The notes under the pieces are model-generated. The model saw only the letters and a list, made by a program, of their open reading frames with translations, made no database searches and was not told the origin of the DNA. Below, in pieces: positions 39,325 through 48,636 of a stretch of DNA of 64,000 bases (the stretch's first letter is position 1; each line of letters opens with the position of its first letter). This DNA is from an uncultured Candidatus Saccharibacteria bacterium (GTDB taxonomy: Bacteria > Patescibacteriota > Minisyncoccia > Phycocordibacterales > DATDWN01). Position numbers and translations under genes: made by a program. The stretch spans positions 47,402-111,401 of the forward strand of contig CAZTQY010000003.1 of NCBI GenBank assembly GCA_964616425.1, given 5' to 3'.

Positions 39325-39510
39325 GGTGTACTATTGACTATATAGTCAAGATAGTGGTATAATATGTAAGTATAGTTCGTTAACAATTACTTGTGAAGTG
39401 GTTAGCCAAAAGCCCCTGAAAATCAAGGGTTTTTGGCTAACCACTTCTGGAAAGCCCCTTAACTCGCGGGTAGCGAGAAACTTCTCGGCAATTAGCCGAA
39501 AAGGAGAAGT

Positions 39511-40044
39511 ATGATCAAGAACAGCGAACTCAACTTGGGTCAGATCGAGGCGATCGTCAACAAGCTTGGTGGGATGAGTGGTGTTGACCGTTTCCTCGCT
39601 GGTGAGTTGGTTGTCGTCCCGGCATATTCTGCCGTTGTGGACTACAGCCAGTCACTTGTTGAGATGGTCTCTGCAGGGAAGTACGACTGGGTGAGCGAGG
39701 GTATCACTGAGAAGAACTTCCCTAAAACCATGTCGGGCAAAGTTCGGGTCAATTTCGAACTTGTCCACTTCAATCGGAACATCACGTCGGACATCGCAGT
39801 GATGGGGCTCGGTGGGATGGGATTACGCCCTGCGACCATCTGGGAACTTCTAGCATTCGGGGCTAAGTACCCCGAACTTCAGAGAGAGTTTCCTGTCGTC
39901 GCCCTAGGATCGGTCGCCAAGATTGAGGATTCTCGTCATGTTGTCGGTTTCTTCATGATTGTTTCCAAGCGGAGTGTTGATCACCTCTGCACGTGGGGTC
40001 ATGATTGGACACGTAACGTGCGTTTCCTCGCCGTTCGCAAGTAA
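39511..40044 (+). CDS. Hypothetical protein (cassette)
   Basis: AAGGAG SD, structured leader, terminator gcccagca-tacg-tgctgggc; GQIEAIVNKLGG...LRPATIWELLAFG. Confidence 0.8.
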   Translation: MIKNSELNLGQIEAIVNKLGGMSGVDRFLAGELVVVPAYSAVVDYSQSLVEMVSAGKYDWVSEGITEKNFPKTMSGKVRVNFELVHFNRNITSDIAVMGLGGMGLRPATIWELLAFGAKYPELQREFPVVALGSVAKIEDSRHVVGFFMIVSKRSVDHLCTWGHDWTRNVRFLAVRK

Positions 40045-40280
40045 GAAAATTGGATTCGTGCTCTTCTCCATAAAAAGAGAGCTCCTCGCCTTGGAGGTCA
40101 AAGGTGGCCCAGCATACGTGCTGGGCTTATTCGTATATAAATTAAAGTAGTGTTATTCCAAGACTCTCGACAATCGAGGTCTATAGTGATTGCTTCGAAC
40201 TTCACTCAGTTTATGAAAGTTTGAGAGGAATAATTTGACTTTTGTAAAAATTGTGTTAGATTCTTTGGTGGAGAAATTAT

Positions 40281-40484
40281 ATGACAATCATGCATGTTAT
40301 CGGAATTATTGGGTGCCTCAAAAATCGGCGCCCTGTGTCGGAAAGACAGGTTGTGGAAGTGCGAAGGGCTCTTGACCACAACCACTCCCTTCGTTCAAAA
40401 GTGGCTCACCAGTACGGGGTTTCTGTCGAGAAAATCGGCGAGATCCTCAACATGAAGCCACATCTTCCACCACGGAGGCGTTAG
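40281..40484 (+). CDS. Small basic hypothetical protein, possible HTH (cassette)
   Basis: TTGACT promoter, GGAG SD; VAHQYGVS...IGEIL; hairpin gggctcggaga...tctctgagccc. Confidence 0.6.
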   Translation: MTIMHVIGIIGCLKNRRPVSERQVVEVRRALDHNHSLRSKVAHQYGVSVEKIGEILNMKPHLPPRRR

Positions 40485-40547
40485 ACTAGACATATTTTTC
40501 TGTTCGCGGATTGGGGGCTCGGAGACATGATCTCTGAGCCCTTTGTG

Positions 40548-42473
40548 TTATTGCAAAGCATAGTCCAAAACTCTACGATCTAGATCTGCAGAAACTACTT
40601 TGAATTTTACTGAGTCACCTAGCATAAACTTCTTTCCAGTTTTTTCACCTTTGAGTGTGTAGTTTTTTTCATCGAGAGAGTAAAAGTCATCACCGATGTC
40701 ACGTATCTTTACCATGCCTTCGCATTTTGTTTCTTTGTCTTCAATAAAAATTCCAAACTCTGAAACGCCTGTGATAGTTCCATCAAAAGTCTCACCGATA
40801 TGTTCCATCATGTATTCCACTTGTTTGTATTTAACACTAGCTCGCTCAGCATCACTAGCTCTTTTTTCAAGCTCACTTGAGGCTATACATATACTCTCGA
40901 ACTTTTGGTATTCATCTAGTTCTATTTTACCGCCTTTCAGTTCTCTCTCTAAAAATCTATGAACTAACACGTCTGGGTATCTTCGGATAGGAGAAGTAAA
41001 GTGTGTGTAGTAAGCGAAGGCCAAACTAAAATGTCCAATATTTTTTGTTGAATAAACTGCTTTTTGCATACTTCTAACTGTCGCGGTATTTATGAGTTCC
41101 TCGTTTGGAGTACCTTTTGCATCAGCTAGGAGTTTGTTCAGATCTTTTGAAGTTACTTCTCCGTCTTCGTTGTGTAGATCAAAACCAAGAGCTTTTAGGA
41201 AAGTTGCTAGGTCTTTGATTCTGTCTTTGTCTGGTTTTGCGTGGATGCGATAAACTGACTGCCAACCTTTTTTCTTTATATCTTGGTTCTGAGACATAAA
41301 AATAAACTTTGCTACTGCTCTGTTAGCTAGGAGCATGTATTCCTCAACCAGTTTGTGAGTATCGAGTCTGTGTTTTCTGTATACAGATATAGGTTTTCCT
41401 TTTTCGTCTAATATAAATTTTACCTCATCTGTATCAAAAACCATCGCACCATTTTTAATTTTATTTTTTTCAAGAATTTGAGCAATTTCTCGAAGTTTAA
41501 GTAGTTCATTTCTGTATGGGCCATCTTGTTTACCATCGATAACTTCTTGCGCATCTTCGTAAGTAAAACGTCTGTCACTATGTATAACTGTTCGGCCAAA
41601 CCATTCTTCTAATACTTTTCCGTCACCTGACATTTTAAATACAGCAGAAAATGTTAGCTTGTCCTCGTTCGGGTTCAGTGAACATAGGTCATTGGAAAGG
41701 ACTTCTGGAAGCATGGGTATGGTTCTGTCGACTAGGTATACAGATACTCCTCGTTTCTCAGACTCACGATCTAGTTCTGAACCAGGTGTTACAAAGTGAG
41801 ATACATCGGCGATGTGTATTCCTATCTCATATATGTCATCACCAAGGTCTTTGAAAGAAATAGCATCGTCAAAATCCTTTGCTTCCAAAGGATCTATCGT
41901 CATAGTGATTGTGTCACGCATGTCCCTTCTATTTTTTATTTCGTCAGAGAGAGTTTTTTTGTAGTTCGCTAGAACTTCCTCGGCTTCTGCTTCTTCTGCA
42001 GGAGGGAATTCAACACGAAATCCTTTTTCCAAAACTATAGACTCCATTTCTGCATTGTTTTCACCTTTTTTACCGATAACTTTTACTATTTCTCCACGTA
42101 GAGTATCCCAGTCAACTATTTTTACTAGAACTTTTGTGTCTATTGGAACATTTTCAACATTGTCTAGAAAAATATCTACATACATTCTTTTGTCATCTGG
42201 TACTACAAATGTTTTACCATCGTTTGTTTCAACTGTTCCAACAAACTCTTCTTTGACTCGTTTTATTATTTTCTCAACTTTGCCTTGTTCTCGATTTTTT
42301 ATTTTTTGTCCAAGCAAAACAACTTCAACTGTGTCTCCATGGAAAGCTCGGTTCACATTTGAGGGTTGTATTTCAATACTATTTGTTCGGTCTTTTACTT
42401 CTGGGTTAGGATCAAAAAAACCAACGCCTTTTGAGTTGATGCTTATGGGACCTATTAGAGAATCTTTTTTCAT
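40548..42473 (-). CDS. rnr: Ribonuclease R
   Basis: TIDP..AKDFDDA, HIADVSHFV, YTHFTSPIRRYPD, C-terminal S1. Confidence 0.95.
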   Translation of the reverse strand: MKKDSLIGPISINSKGVGFFDPNPEVKDRTNSIEIQPSNVNRAFHGDTVEVVLLGQKIKNREQGKVEKIIKRVKEEFVGTVETNDGKTFVVPDDKRMYVDIFLDNVENVPIDTKVLVKIVDWDTLRGEIVKVIGKKGENNAEMESIVLEKGFRVEFPPAEEAEAEEVLANYKKTLSDEIKNRRDMRDTITMTIDPLEAKDFDDAISFKDLGDDIYEIGIHIADVSHFVTPGSELDRESEKRGVSVYLVDRTIPMLPEVLSNDLCSLNPNEDKLTFSAVFKMSGDGKVLEEWFGRTVIHSDRRFTYEDAQEVIDGKQDGPYRNELLKLREIAQILEKNKIKNGAMVFDTDEVKFILDEKGKPISVYRKHRLDTHKLVEEYMLLANRAVAKFIFMSQNQDIKKKGWQSVYRIHAKPDKDRIKDLATFLKALGFDLHNEDGEVTSKDLNKLLADAKGTPNEELINTATVRSMQKAVYSTKNIGHFSLAFAYYTHFTSPIRRYPDVLVHRFLERELKGGKIELDEYQKFESICIASSELEKRASDAERASVKYKQVEYMMEHIGETFDGTITGVSEFGIFIEDKETKCEGMVKIRDIGDDFYSLDEKNYTLKGEKTGKKFMLGDSVKFKVVSADLDRRVLDYALQ

Positions 42474-42540
42474 ATTGCCGTTATAGTATCAAATAATGTG
42501 TTATTTGACCATTTTATAAAGTTTTGTTACTATAGGGGCC

Positions 42541-42990
42541 ATGTTAAAAATACGATTACAGAGAGTAGGAAGAACTCACGAGCCATCATTTCGGCTTGTT
42601 TTGACTGATTCAAAGAATGCAACAAAGAGTGGAAAGTACGTAGAGTCTCTAGGTAGCTTTGATGCTAGAAGAGGAGAAAAGGCAGAGTTTAAAGCTGATA
42701 GAATAAAAGAGTTGATAGGAAAAGGAGCTCAACCTACAGATACAGTTCACAATCTACTTGTTTCAAAAAAGATAATAGAAGGAAAGAAGATTAATGTTCT
42801 TCCGTTGAAAAAAGCTATAGTGAAAGATGTTCCTGCAGAAGCGGTATCTGCTCCTGTTGCAGAGACACCTGCACCAGCTCAAGCTGAACCAGTTGTTGAG
42901 GCAACTCCAGAGGTAGCTCCAGAAGCCCCTGCACCTGCTCCTGCTGAAGTACCTTCAGCTGAAAATCCTACTCCAGAAGCAACTGCATAA
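42541..42990 (+). CDS. rpsP: 30S ribosomal protein S16 with Pro/Ala/Glu-rich tail
   Basis: MLKIRLQRVGR, GAQPTDTV. Confidence 0.95.
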   Translation: MLKIRLQRVGRTHEPSFRLVLTDSKNATKSGKYVESLGSFDARRGEKAEFKADRIKELIGKGAQPTDTVHNLLVSKKIIEGKKINVLPLKKAIVKDVPAEAVSAPVAETPAPAQAEPVVEATPEVAPEAPAPAPAEVPSAENPTPEATA

Positions 42991-43062
42991 GCTGTTGACT
43001 CATTGTATATATACTATTAAAATTAATACCGTAAAGGTTTGGTTTATAATTAACTGAAATCC

Positions 43063-43380
43063 ATGGAAAAAGACGTAGAATTTCTTGATTTTGTTATAAA
43101 AGCTTTGGTTGAGAAACCAGAAGACGTAAAAATAGTTCGAACCGTAGATGAGATGGGTGTGCTTATGACTTTGGATGTTAACAAAGACGACATGGGTAAA
43201 ATCATTGGTCGTGAAGGTAACACAGCAAAGGCGATTCGAACACTTCTTCGAGTTGTTGGAATGAAAAATAACTCAAGAGTAAATCTAAAGATAAATGAAC
43301 CAGCTGATAGTGGCCGAGATATGAAACCAACTAGTGCCACAAAGTCTCTTGATGAGGCAATGTCTGATCTAAATCTTTAA
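43063..43380 (+). CDS. khpA: KH-domain RNA-binding protein (KhpA)
   Basis: DMGKIIGREGNTAKAIRTLL; follows rpsP. Confidence 0.9.
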   Translation: MEKDVEFLDFVIKALVEKPEDVKIVRTVDEMGVLMTLDVNKDDMGKIIGREGNTAKAIRTLLRVVGMKNNSRVNLKINEPADSGRDMKPTSATKSLDEAMSDLNL

Positions 43381-43484
43381 TTTGATATCTATAATTTAAA
43401 TAAAAGCACCCTAACTGGGTGTTTTTATTTTGGTAAAACTGTGTTATAATAACCGGAGAAATTTAACCCCGGACAGGAGGGCGG

Positions 43485-43889
43485 ATGGCTATGACTGTCG
43501 TCATCTCGAGTAGGGTCCTAAAGTGGACATTGGTGTTGGTTTTCGCCATGTTCGTTGGCAGTTTGGTACTGCCGACACCTCAGGAACTGGTCAGAGATTT
43601 CCAGATCCAACTGCTCATCGAAGAGCAGAACAAGATCTGTGGAATGCTCGAGGCTGAACTTGAGGCAAGCATCCACCAGCTGTACGGAGTTCCTCAGGAT
43701 CTGATTTTGCCCAAGTCAGTCCAGGAGAACTTTCGTCTGAGGTACGCATCATCCAAGGCTTTTACGGAAGAAGGTGCGCGAAGCCTCGACGATGCAATTC
43801 TGGCCTGTACGGTCAGAACCAAATGGCAAAGTCTGGTTGATAGGATAAGTGAGGGAGCTTTCCCTCATAGATACCAGTCAGCTGACTGA
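43485..43889 (+). CDS. Hypothetical exported/membrane protein (cassette)
   Basis: TGnTATAAT, GGAGG SD, N-terminal TM, terminator gggaggcc-acagt-ggcctccc-ttt. Confidence 0.72.
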   Translation: MAMTVVISSRVLKWTLVLVFAMFVGSLVLPTPQELVRDFQIQLLIEEQNKICGMLEAELEASIHQLYGVPQDLILPKSVQENFRLRYASSKAFTEEGARSLDDAILACTVRTKWQSLVDRISEGAFPHRYQSAD

Positions 43890-43965
43890 CACGGGGGATC
43901 AGGGGAGGCCACAGTGGCCTCCCTTTCTCATATACAAAAATAGAAAATTGTGGTATAAATTCGGA

Positions 43966-44619
43966 ATGAATTTTCATATCATAAGTCTTTTTCCTAACGC
44001 ATTCGACTCATATCTAAATGAGTCTATTATTTCTCGTGCAATAGAGGATAAGAAAATTAAAGTCAGTTTTTATAACCCTCGTGATTATTCTGATGATAAA
44101 TGGAAAAGGGTTGATCAGAAACCATATGCTGGTGGCCCAGGTATGGTTATTCAGGCTCTGCCTGTCATCAAAGCAATACAGAAAGCTTTGATGAAGTTAA
44201 AAGTTAAAAGTAAAAAGTCGAAAGTAAAGATTATTTTTTTCTCTCCTGGTGGGAAGGAGTTTAATACAGACTATGCAAAAAAATCTGCAAAAAAATACAC
44301 TGATATTATTTTTGTTTGCGGGAGATATGAAGGTATTGATGCTCGAGTAAAAAAAGTTTTTAAAATGGAAGATGTATCTATTGGAAATTATGTTTTAACT
44401 GGTGGCGAGTTGCCAGCTATGGTGTTGATCGATTCTATTTCTCGACAGGTTGAAGGAGTGCTCGGTAACTTTAACTCTCTAGAGGAGTCGCGTGTTTCTA
44501 GTCACGACTCATACACAAGGCCAGAAGTTTTTGAATATAAAAAGAAAAAATACAGAGTGCCAAAGGTTTTGCTTTCAGGAAATCATAAAGAGATTGAGGA
44601 GTGGAAAAGAACTAGATAG
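43966..44619 (+). CDS. trmD: tRNA (guanine37-N1)-methyltransferase
   Basis: PYAGGPGMV, CGRYEGID, SIGNYVLTGGE, VLLSGNH; start at ATG 43966. Confidence 0.96.
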   Translation: MNFHIISLFPNAFDSYLNESIISRAIEDKKIKVSFYNPRDYSDDKWKRVDQKPYAGGPGMVIQALPVIKAIQKALMKLKVKSKKSKVKIIFFSPGGKEFNTDYAKKSAKKYTDIIFVCGRYEGIDARVKKVFKMEDVSIGNYVLTGGELPAMVLIDSISRQVEGVLGNFNSLEESRVSSHDSYTRPEVFEYKKKKYRVPKVLLSGNHKEIEEWKRTR

Positions 44620-44763
44620 AATTTTTTAGAGACAAAAACTTTTCCAGCGAAAAGTTTTTTCTGTCCTCAGCCTTGATTTGTCAATGAGCTCTGATTACAG
44701 AGTCGTTGACAAAGCCATGCTCAAGGCTTGCGGATGCTCTAAAAAACGTCTATCTAGTTCTTT
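44608..44763. repeat. Structured intergenic element, family B
   Basis: Same loops as 24273-24423 with compensatory stem changes; outer stem covers the trmD stop codon. Confidence 0.88.
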
Positions 44764-44848
44764 GTGTTTTGGGTAACAAAAAACACCACTCCGACCCAAG
44801 GGGGAAAATTTCTCCCACCTTGTGTCGACGCGGCGTCGTGTGTACTGG

Positions 44849-45223
44849 CTAGACTGCGGCGAGCTGCTGTCCGTGAGCTGTCTGCGGATGCTCGCTCCGG
44901 TTCTCGTTGAAGAGCTCTTCGTACCGGCGGTGCATTTCCGCCTGCTCCTCGAACACGGCGATGAAGGCCGCCAAGGCCTTGGACTGATTCGCCTTGTGTT
45001 CTTCGCTCGATTCCATGTGTGAGCGAACGACGCCGGACTTGAGCATGTCGTTGATGGTCGTGGGTCCCTTGTCGCGCTTGACGATCTTGATGATCTTCAC
45101 CCCGCTCAGGACGGCCGCTGCCATCATGAGTTCTTCCTCGTAGGCCATGCAGGGATGTTCCTGCAACAGGCACTGAACCGACTTACCTTTCAACTTCTCG
45201 TACGTGCCGATCGTTTCCGACAT
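44849..45223 (-). CDS. Hypothetical protein (cassette)
   Basis: Very GC-rich; TTGACA promoter, GGAGG SD, hairpin at about 44793-44826. Confidence 0.72.
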   Translation of the reverse strand: MSETIGTYEKLKGKSVQCLLQEHPCMAYEEELMMAAAVLSGVKIIKIVKRDKGPTTINDMLKSGVVRSHMESSEEHKANQSKALAAFIAVFEEQAEMHRRYEELFNENRSEHPQTAHGQQLAAV

Positions 45224-45313
45224 GTGTCTGCCTCCAGGTGAGAATCTTTACATTATATTTTTTTACTGTCAAATACTTTTCCACCTTTTTGTATTGCTGG
45301 TACAATAACTAAC

Positions 45314-47038
45314 ATGACTCAAGCTGAAGCTCTCGATATTTTAAAAATGGGCAAAAATGTTTTTCTCACTGGTCCTGCTGGTAGTGGAAAGACTCATGTT
45401 GTAAATGCGTATGTAAAGTATCTCAAGGAACATGCTGTTGATGTTGCAGTGACAGCATCTACTGGTATCGCAGCTACACACATAGGTGGACAAACTATAC
45501 ACTCATGGTCAGGACTCGGAATAAAAGATACTTTGACGGATTATGACATTGAAAATTTGATGGAGAGGCAGTACCTATATAAAAGATTTGAGAAAACAAA
45601 AGTTTTGATAATCGACGAGGTTTCAATGCTTCATCATTTTCGTCTCGACCTGATTGAGTGGATATGTCGTCAGATGAAACGTAACGAGTCACCGTTCGGA
45701 GGAATGCAAATTATTCTTTGTGGAGATTTTTTCCAGCTTCCTCCAGTTTCCCGCAGACGTTTTGATGGGGTGGATTTTATTGAACCTATAGAGTCTGAGT
45801 TCGCATTCAAAGCAGAAAGTTTTTTGAATTCAAAATTTACTATTTGCTACTTGTCTGAACAGCATAGACAAAAAGATAATACTTATTTATCAATTTTAAA
45901 TCAGATTCGTCAAAATAGAGTTAGTCAGAAAACTATAGATCTTTTGAAAACTCGTTTAAATATGGATCCAGATACGGGTAATGTTGTAACTCGTTTATAT
46001 ACTCACAATATTGATGTTGACGAGATAAACAAGAAACATTTGGGTCTGATAGATGGAAGTGAAAAAGTATATAGAATGAACTCAAAGGGGGCTCCATCTC
46101 TTGTTGAGTCTTTGAAAAAAAGTTGTCTTTCTCCAGAAGAATTAGTTTTAAAAAAGGGAGCAAGAGTGATGTTTACAAAAAATCAGCCTGAAGGTGGGTA
46201 TGTAAATGGAACATTGGGAGTTGTAAAAGACTTTAGCTCGTTTGGTGATCCTATTGTAGAAACAAATAACGGCATGACATTTCATGTATCACCTCAGCCA
46301 TGGAAGATAGAAGAAGAAGGAAAAGTTAAAGCAGAAATCGAACAACTCCCGCTCCGTCTAGCTTGGGCTATTACTGTTCACAAAAGTCAGGGAATGTCTC
46401 TAGATGCAATGGAAGTGGATTTATCAAAATCGTTTGTGAAAGGTATGGGTTACGTAGCTTTGTCACGAGTGCGATCACTAGATGGTATGAAGTTGCTTGG
46501 TTTCAATGACATGTCGCTTGAGATTGATATGGAGGTTTTGGAAATGGATCAGAGTTTTCAGGAAAAGTCAGATGAGGCAGTAGATAAACTAAAATCTATG
46601 GATAGAAAAGATATTGAGGATAAGCAGAAAAAGTTTATCGAAAGTATCGAGCCAGAAGAAAAAGTAAAAATTAAAGGAAAGCAACCGCTGAAAGCGAGCA
46701 GTGGTCGTATGACCGGAAAAGAACAAAAGAAAAGTACCCACGAAATTACTCGTGAAATGTTAGAGAAACAAATGTCTCTTGCGATGATTGCAGATAAAAG
46801 GGGAATCAAACAAGAAACAGTTGTCTCTCATGTTGAGGATTTGGTTAGAGAAAACAACTGTCCAGATATTGATTATCTAAAAAAAGAGTTGAAGCGAAGT
46901 GAGCTAGAGGAGATACTATCTGCTTTCGAAGAGCTCGACACTGATACGTTGTCATCAGTCTATAATTTACTTCAAAAAAGAAAAAAGAAGCCAAGTTATT
47001 TGAAAATTAGAATTGCTCGACTTTTTCTTGGTAAGTAA
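45314..47038 (+). CDS. PIF1-family helicase with C-terminal HTH
   Basis: GPAGSGKT, IIDEVSM, GDFFQLPPV, WAITVHKSQG, YVALSR. Confidence 0.92.
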   Translation: MTQAEALDILKMGKNVFLTGPAGSGKTHVVNAYVKYLKEHAVDVAVTASTGIAATHIGGQTIHSWSGLGIKDTLTDYDIENLMERQYLYKRFEKTKVLIIDEVSMLHHFRLDLIEWICRQMKRNESPFGGMQIILCGDFFQLPPVSRRRFDGVDFIEPIESEFAFKAESFLNSKFTICYLSEQHRQKDNTYLSILNQIRQNRVSQKTIDLLKTRLNMDPDTGNVVTRLYTHNIDVDEINKKHLGLIDGSEKVYRMNSKGAPSLVESLKKSCLSPEELVLKKGARVMFTKNQPEGGYVNGTLGVVKDFSSFGDPIVETNNGMTFHVSPQPWKIEEEGKVKAEIEQLPLRLAWAITVHKSQGMSLDAMEVDLSKSFVKGMGYVALSRVRSLDGMKLLGFNDMSLEIDMEVLEMDQSFQEKSDEAVDKLKSMDRKDIEDKQKKFIESIEPEEKVKIKGKQPLKASSGRMTGKEQKKSTHEITREMLEKQMSLAMIADKRGIKQETVVSHVEDLVRENNCPDIDYLKKELKRSELEEILSAFEELDTDTLSSVYNLLQKRKKKPSYLKIRIARLFLGK

Positions 47039-47100
47039 TACATACTTGACAAGTTTATATTATATGTTATGTTACCACTCAGTAACTAGGAGGGACGTAA

Positions 47101-47652
47101 GTGGCACATATAGATGAGGCAAGAGCAATTGAATACGTCAGGAATATCACTGTTTCGTATCTGAAGCGCAACGGTGTGCCCTGGCAAGTGTGGGATGATG
47201 CCATCCAGGAAGCACACCTCAAGATGGTCGTTCTCCTGCCCAAGTTCGATCCGACTCTGTCGTCGCTCAATACGTACCTGTACGTGCCGGTCATCGGGGC
47301 AGTCATTGATTTGCTTCGGCGGGCCGAGCACTACACGCGGGGTAAGAACCCGCGAACGATGCTTTCGATCGAGGATTGCAGAGAGCGAGTCAGCTCGTAC
47401 TTCCTTGATCGGGTGACAAGGTGTCGGGAAGAAAATCCTGAGCAGAGGTACTTCATGGACGTTGAGTGGCCGGAAATCGCCGCTCAAATGTTGGCTCGGT
47501 TGGAGCCGAGAGAACGGACTGTCGTCGAGATGTTGTACTTCCGCGGCATGTGCCAATCTGAGGTAGCCGCTCAAGTTGGCCTCTCTCAAAGCCGAGTTGC
47601 TCAGCTCAAGGCCTGCGCCTTCAAACACATGCAGGAAGCAGTTGCTAGTTAG
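47101..47652 (+). CDS. Alternative sigma-70 family factor, FliA/WhiG-like regions 2 and 4 (cassette)
   Basis: DAIQEA...KFDP...VIGAVIDLLRR; LEPRERTVV...SEVAAQVGLSQSRVAQL; GGAGG SD before GTG. Confidence 0.82.
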   Translation: MAHIDEARAIEYVRNITVSYLKRNGVPWQVWDDAIQEAHLKMVVLLPKFDPTLSSLNTYLYVPVIGAVIDLLRRAEHYTRGKNPRTMLSIEDCRERVSSYFLDRVTRCREENPEQRYFMDVEWPEIAAQMLARLEPRERTVVEMLYFRGMCQSEVAAQVGLSQSRVAQLKACAFKHMQEAVAS

Positions 47653-47740
47653 AGGGCAGTCCTACGAAAAGGGACTGTCCCTTTTCGTATATAAAAAAAT
47701 GAAAATGGTATAATGTGAACATAATATAATATTAATTATT

Positions 47741-48139
47741 ATGAACAATACATATTCTTGGTATCAAAATTTAATAAAACCTACCTGGGCACCACCTAGT
47801 TATTTGTTTGGTCCAGTTTGGTCTGTGCTTTATGTTTTAATCACTGTTTCGTATGGTTATGTTGGTTATTTGTATTTTGCGAAAAAGATTCCGTTTGTTG
47901 TGGTTCTACCTTTTATTTTGAATTTAATTTTTAATTTTGCTTTTTCTCCTATCCAGTTTGGATTACAAAATAATGTTTTGGCTTTGGTGGATATTTTGCT
48001 GGTTTTTGGAACTCTAGTCTGGGCGCTGTATTCTATATATCCGTATTTACCATGGGTCTCATACATTAACGTTCCTTATCTTCTATGGGTTTCTTTTGCG
48101 ACAGTTTTACAAATGACGATTACATATCTAAATAAATAA
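47741..48139 (+). CDS. TspO/MBR family protein
   Basis: WYQNLIKPTWAPP..FGPVWSVLY, PYLLWVSFA. Confidence 0.92.
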   Translation: MNNTYSWYQNLIKPTWAPPSYLFGPVWSVLYVLITVSYGYVGYLYFAKKIPFVVVLPFILNLIFNFAFSPIQFGLQNNVLALVDILLVFGTLVWALYSIYPYLPWVSYINVPYLLWVSFATVLQMTITYLNK

Positions 48140-48471
48140 TGAAAAAAGATATTGATTTGGGTTTTATTCCACCAGCCAATGTTTCCAAAGAGGCTATTGA
48201 AGGATTGCGACTTAGGAAAAAGTTTGGTCGTGGTGGAACTATGGTTGGTGTTGCTCGCGCTAGGGATTTGAAGAACAGAAGACGATTGTCGAAAAAAACT
48301 ATTATTCGTATGTACTCATATTTTTCTAGACACAATGTCGACAAGCAGGGTAAAGATTTTTTTAATGAAATAAAGCCTTCCAATGGAAAGATTGCGTGGC
48401 TCCTGTGGGGCGGAGACAGTGGAGCAAGGTGGTGTTATGAGGTGTATAATAAGATAAAGTCTAAAAGTTAA
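48139..48471 (+). CDS. Basic hypothetical protein with a phage-associated domain
   Basis: GGT.VG.ARAR, RMYSYFSRH, IAWLLWGGD motifs recalled from phage proteins. Confidence 0.65.
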   Translation: MKKDIDLGFIPPANVSKEAIEGLRLRKKFGRGGTMVGVARARDLKNRRRLSKKTIIRMYSYFSRHNVDKQGKDFFNEIKPSNGKIAWLLWGGDSGARWCYEVYNKIKSKS

Positions 48472-48613
48472 AATACCAAAACACAGGAGCCTGTGGGGGG
48501 AGGTTGGGATTGGGACCCAACCGCAAGGCCGGAGCGCGGCGGCGCGAGGAGGGGTCGCAAGAAAAGTCAGCAGACTTTTACTTGTGACGTGACTCTCGAG
48601 CAAGATGGTGTTA
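48469..48613. repeat. GC-rich structured element, probable inverted family B relative
   Basis: gtcgcaag-aaaagtc-agca-gactttt-acttgtgac arm; reverse strand has tcctc-stem-ttgcgg junction. Confidence 0.6.
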
Positions 48614-48636
48614 CGAAGTATATAAAAAAATAAAGA

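Noticed and set aside
42830-42990. Low-complexity repeats in the rpsP tail
   Set aside because: Pro/Ala/Glu-rich S16 extensions are common, and this is not a DNA repeat element.
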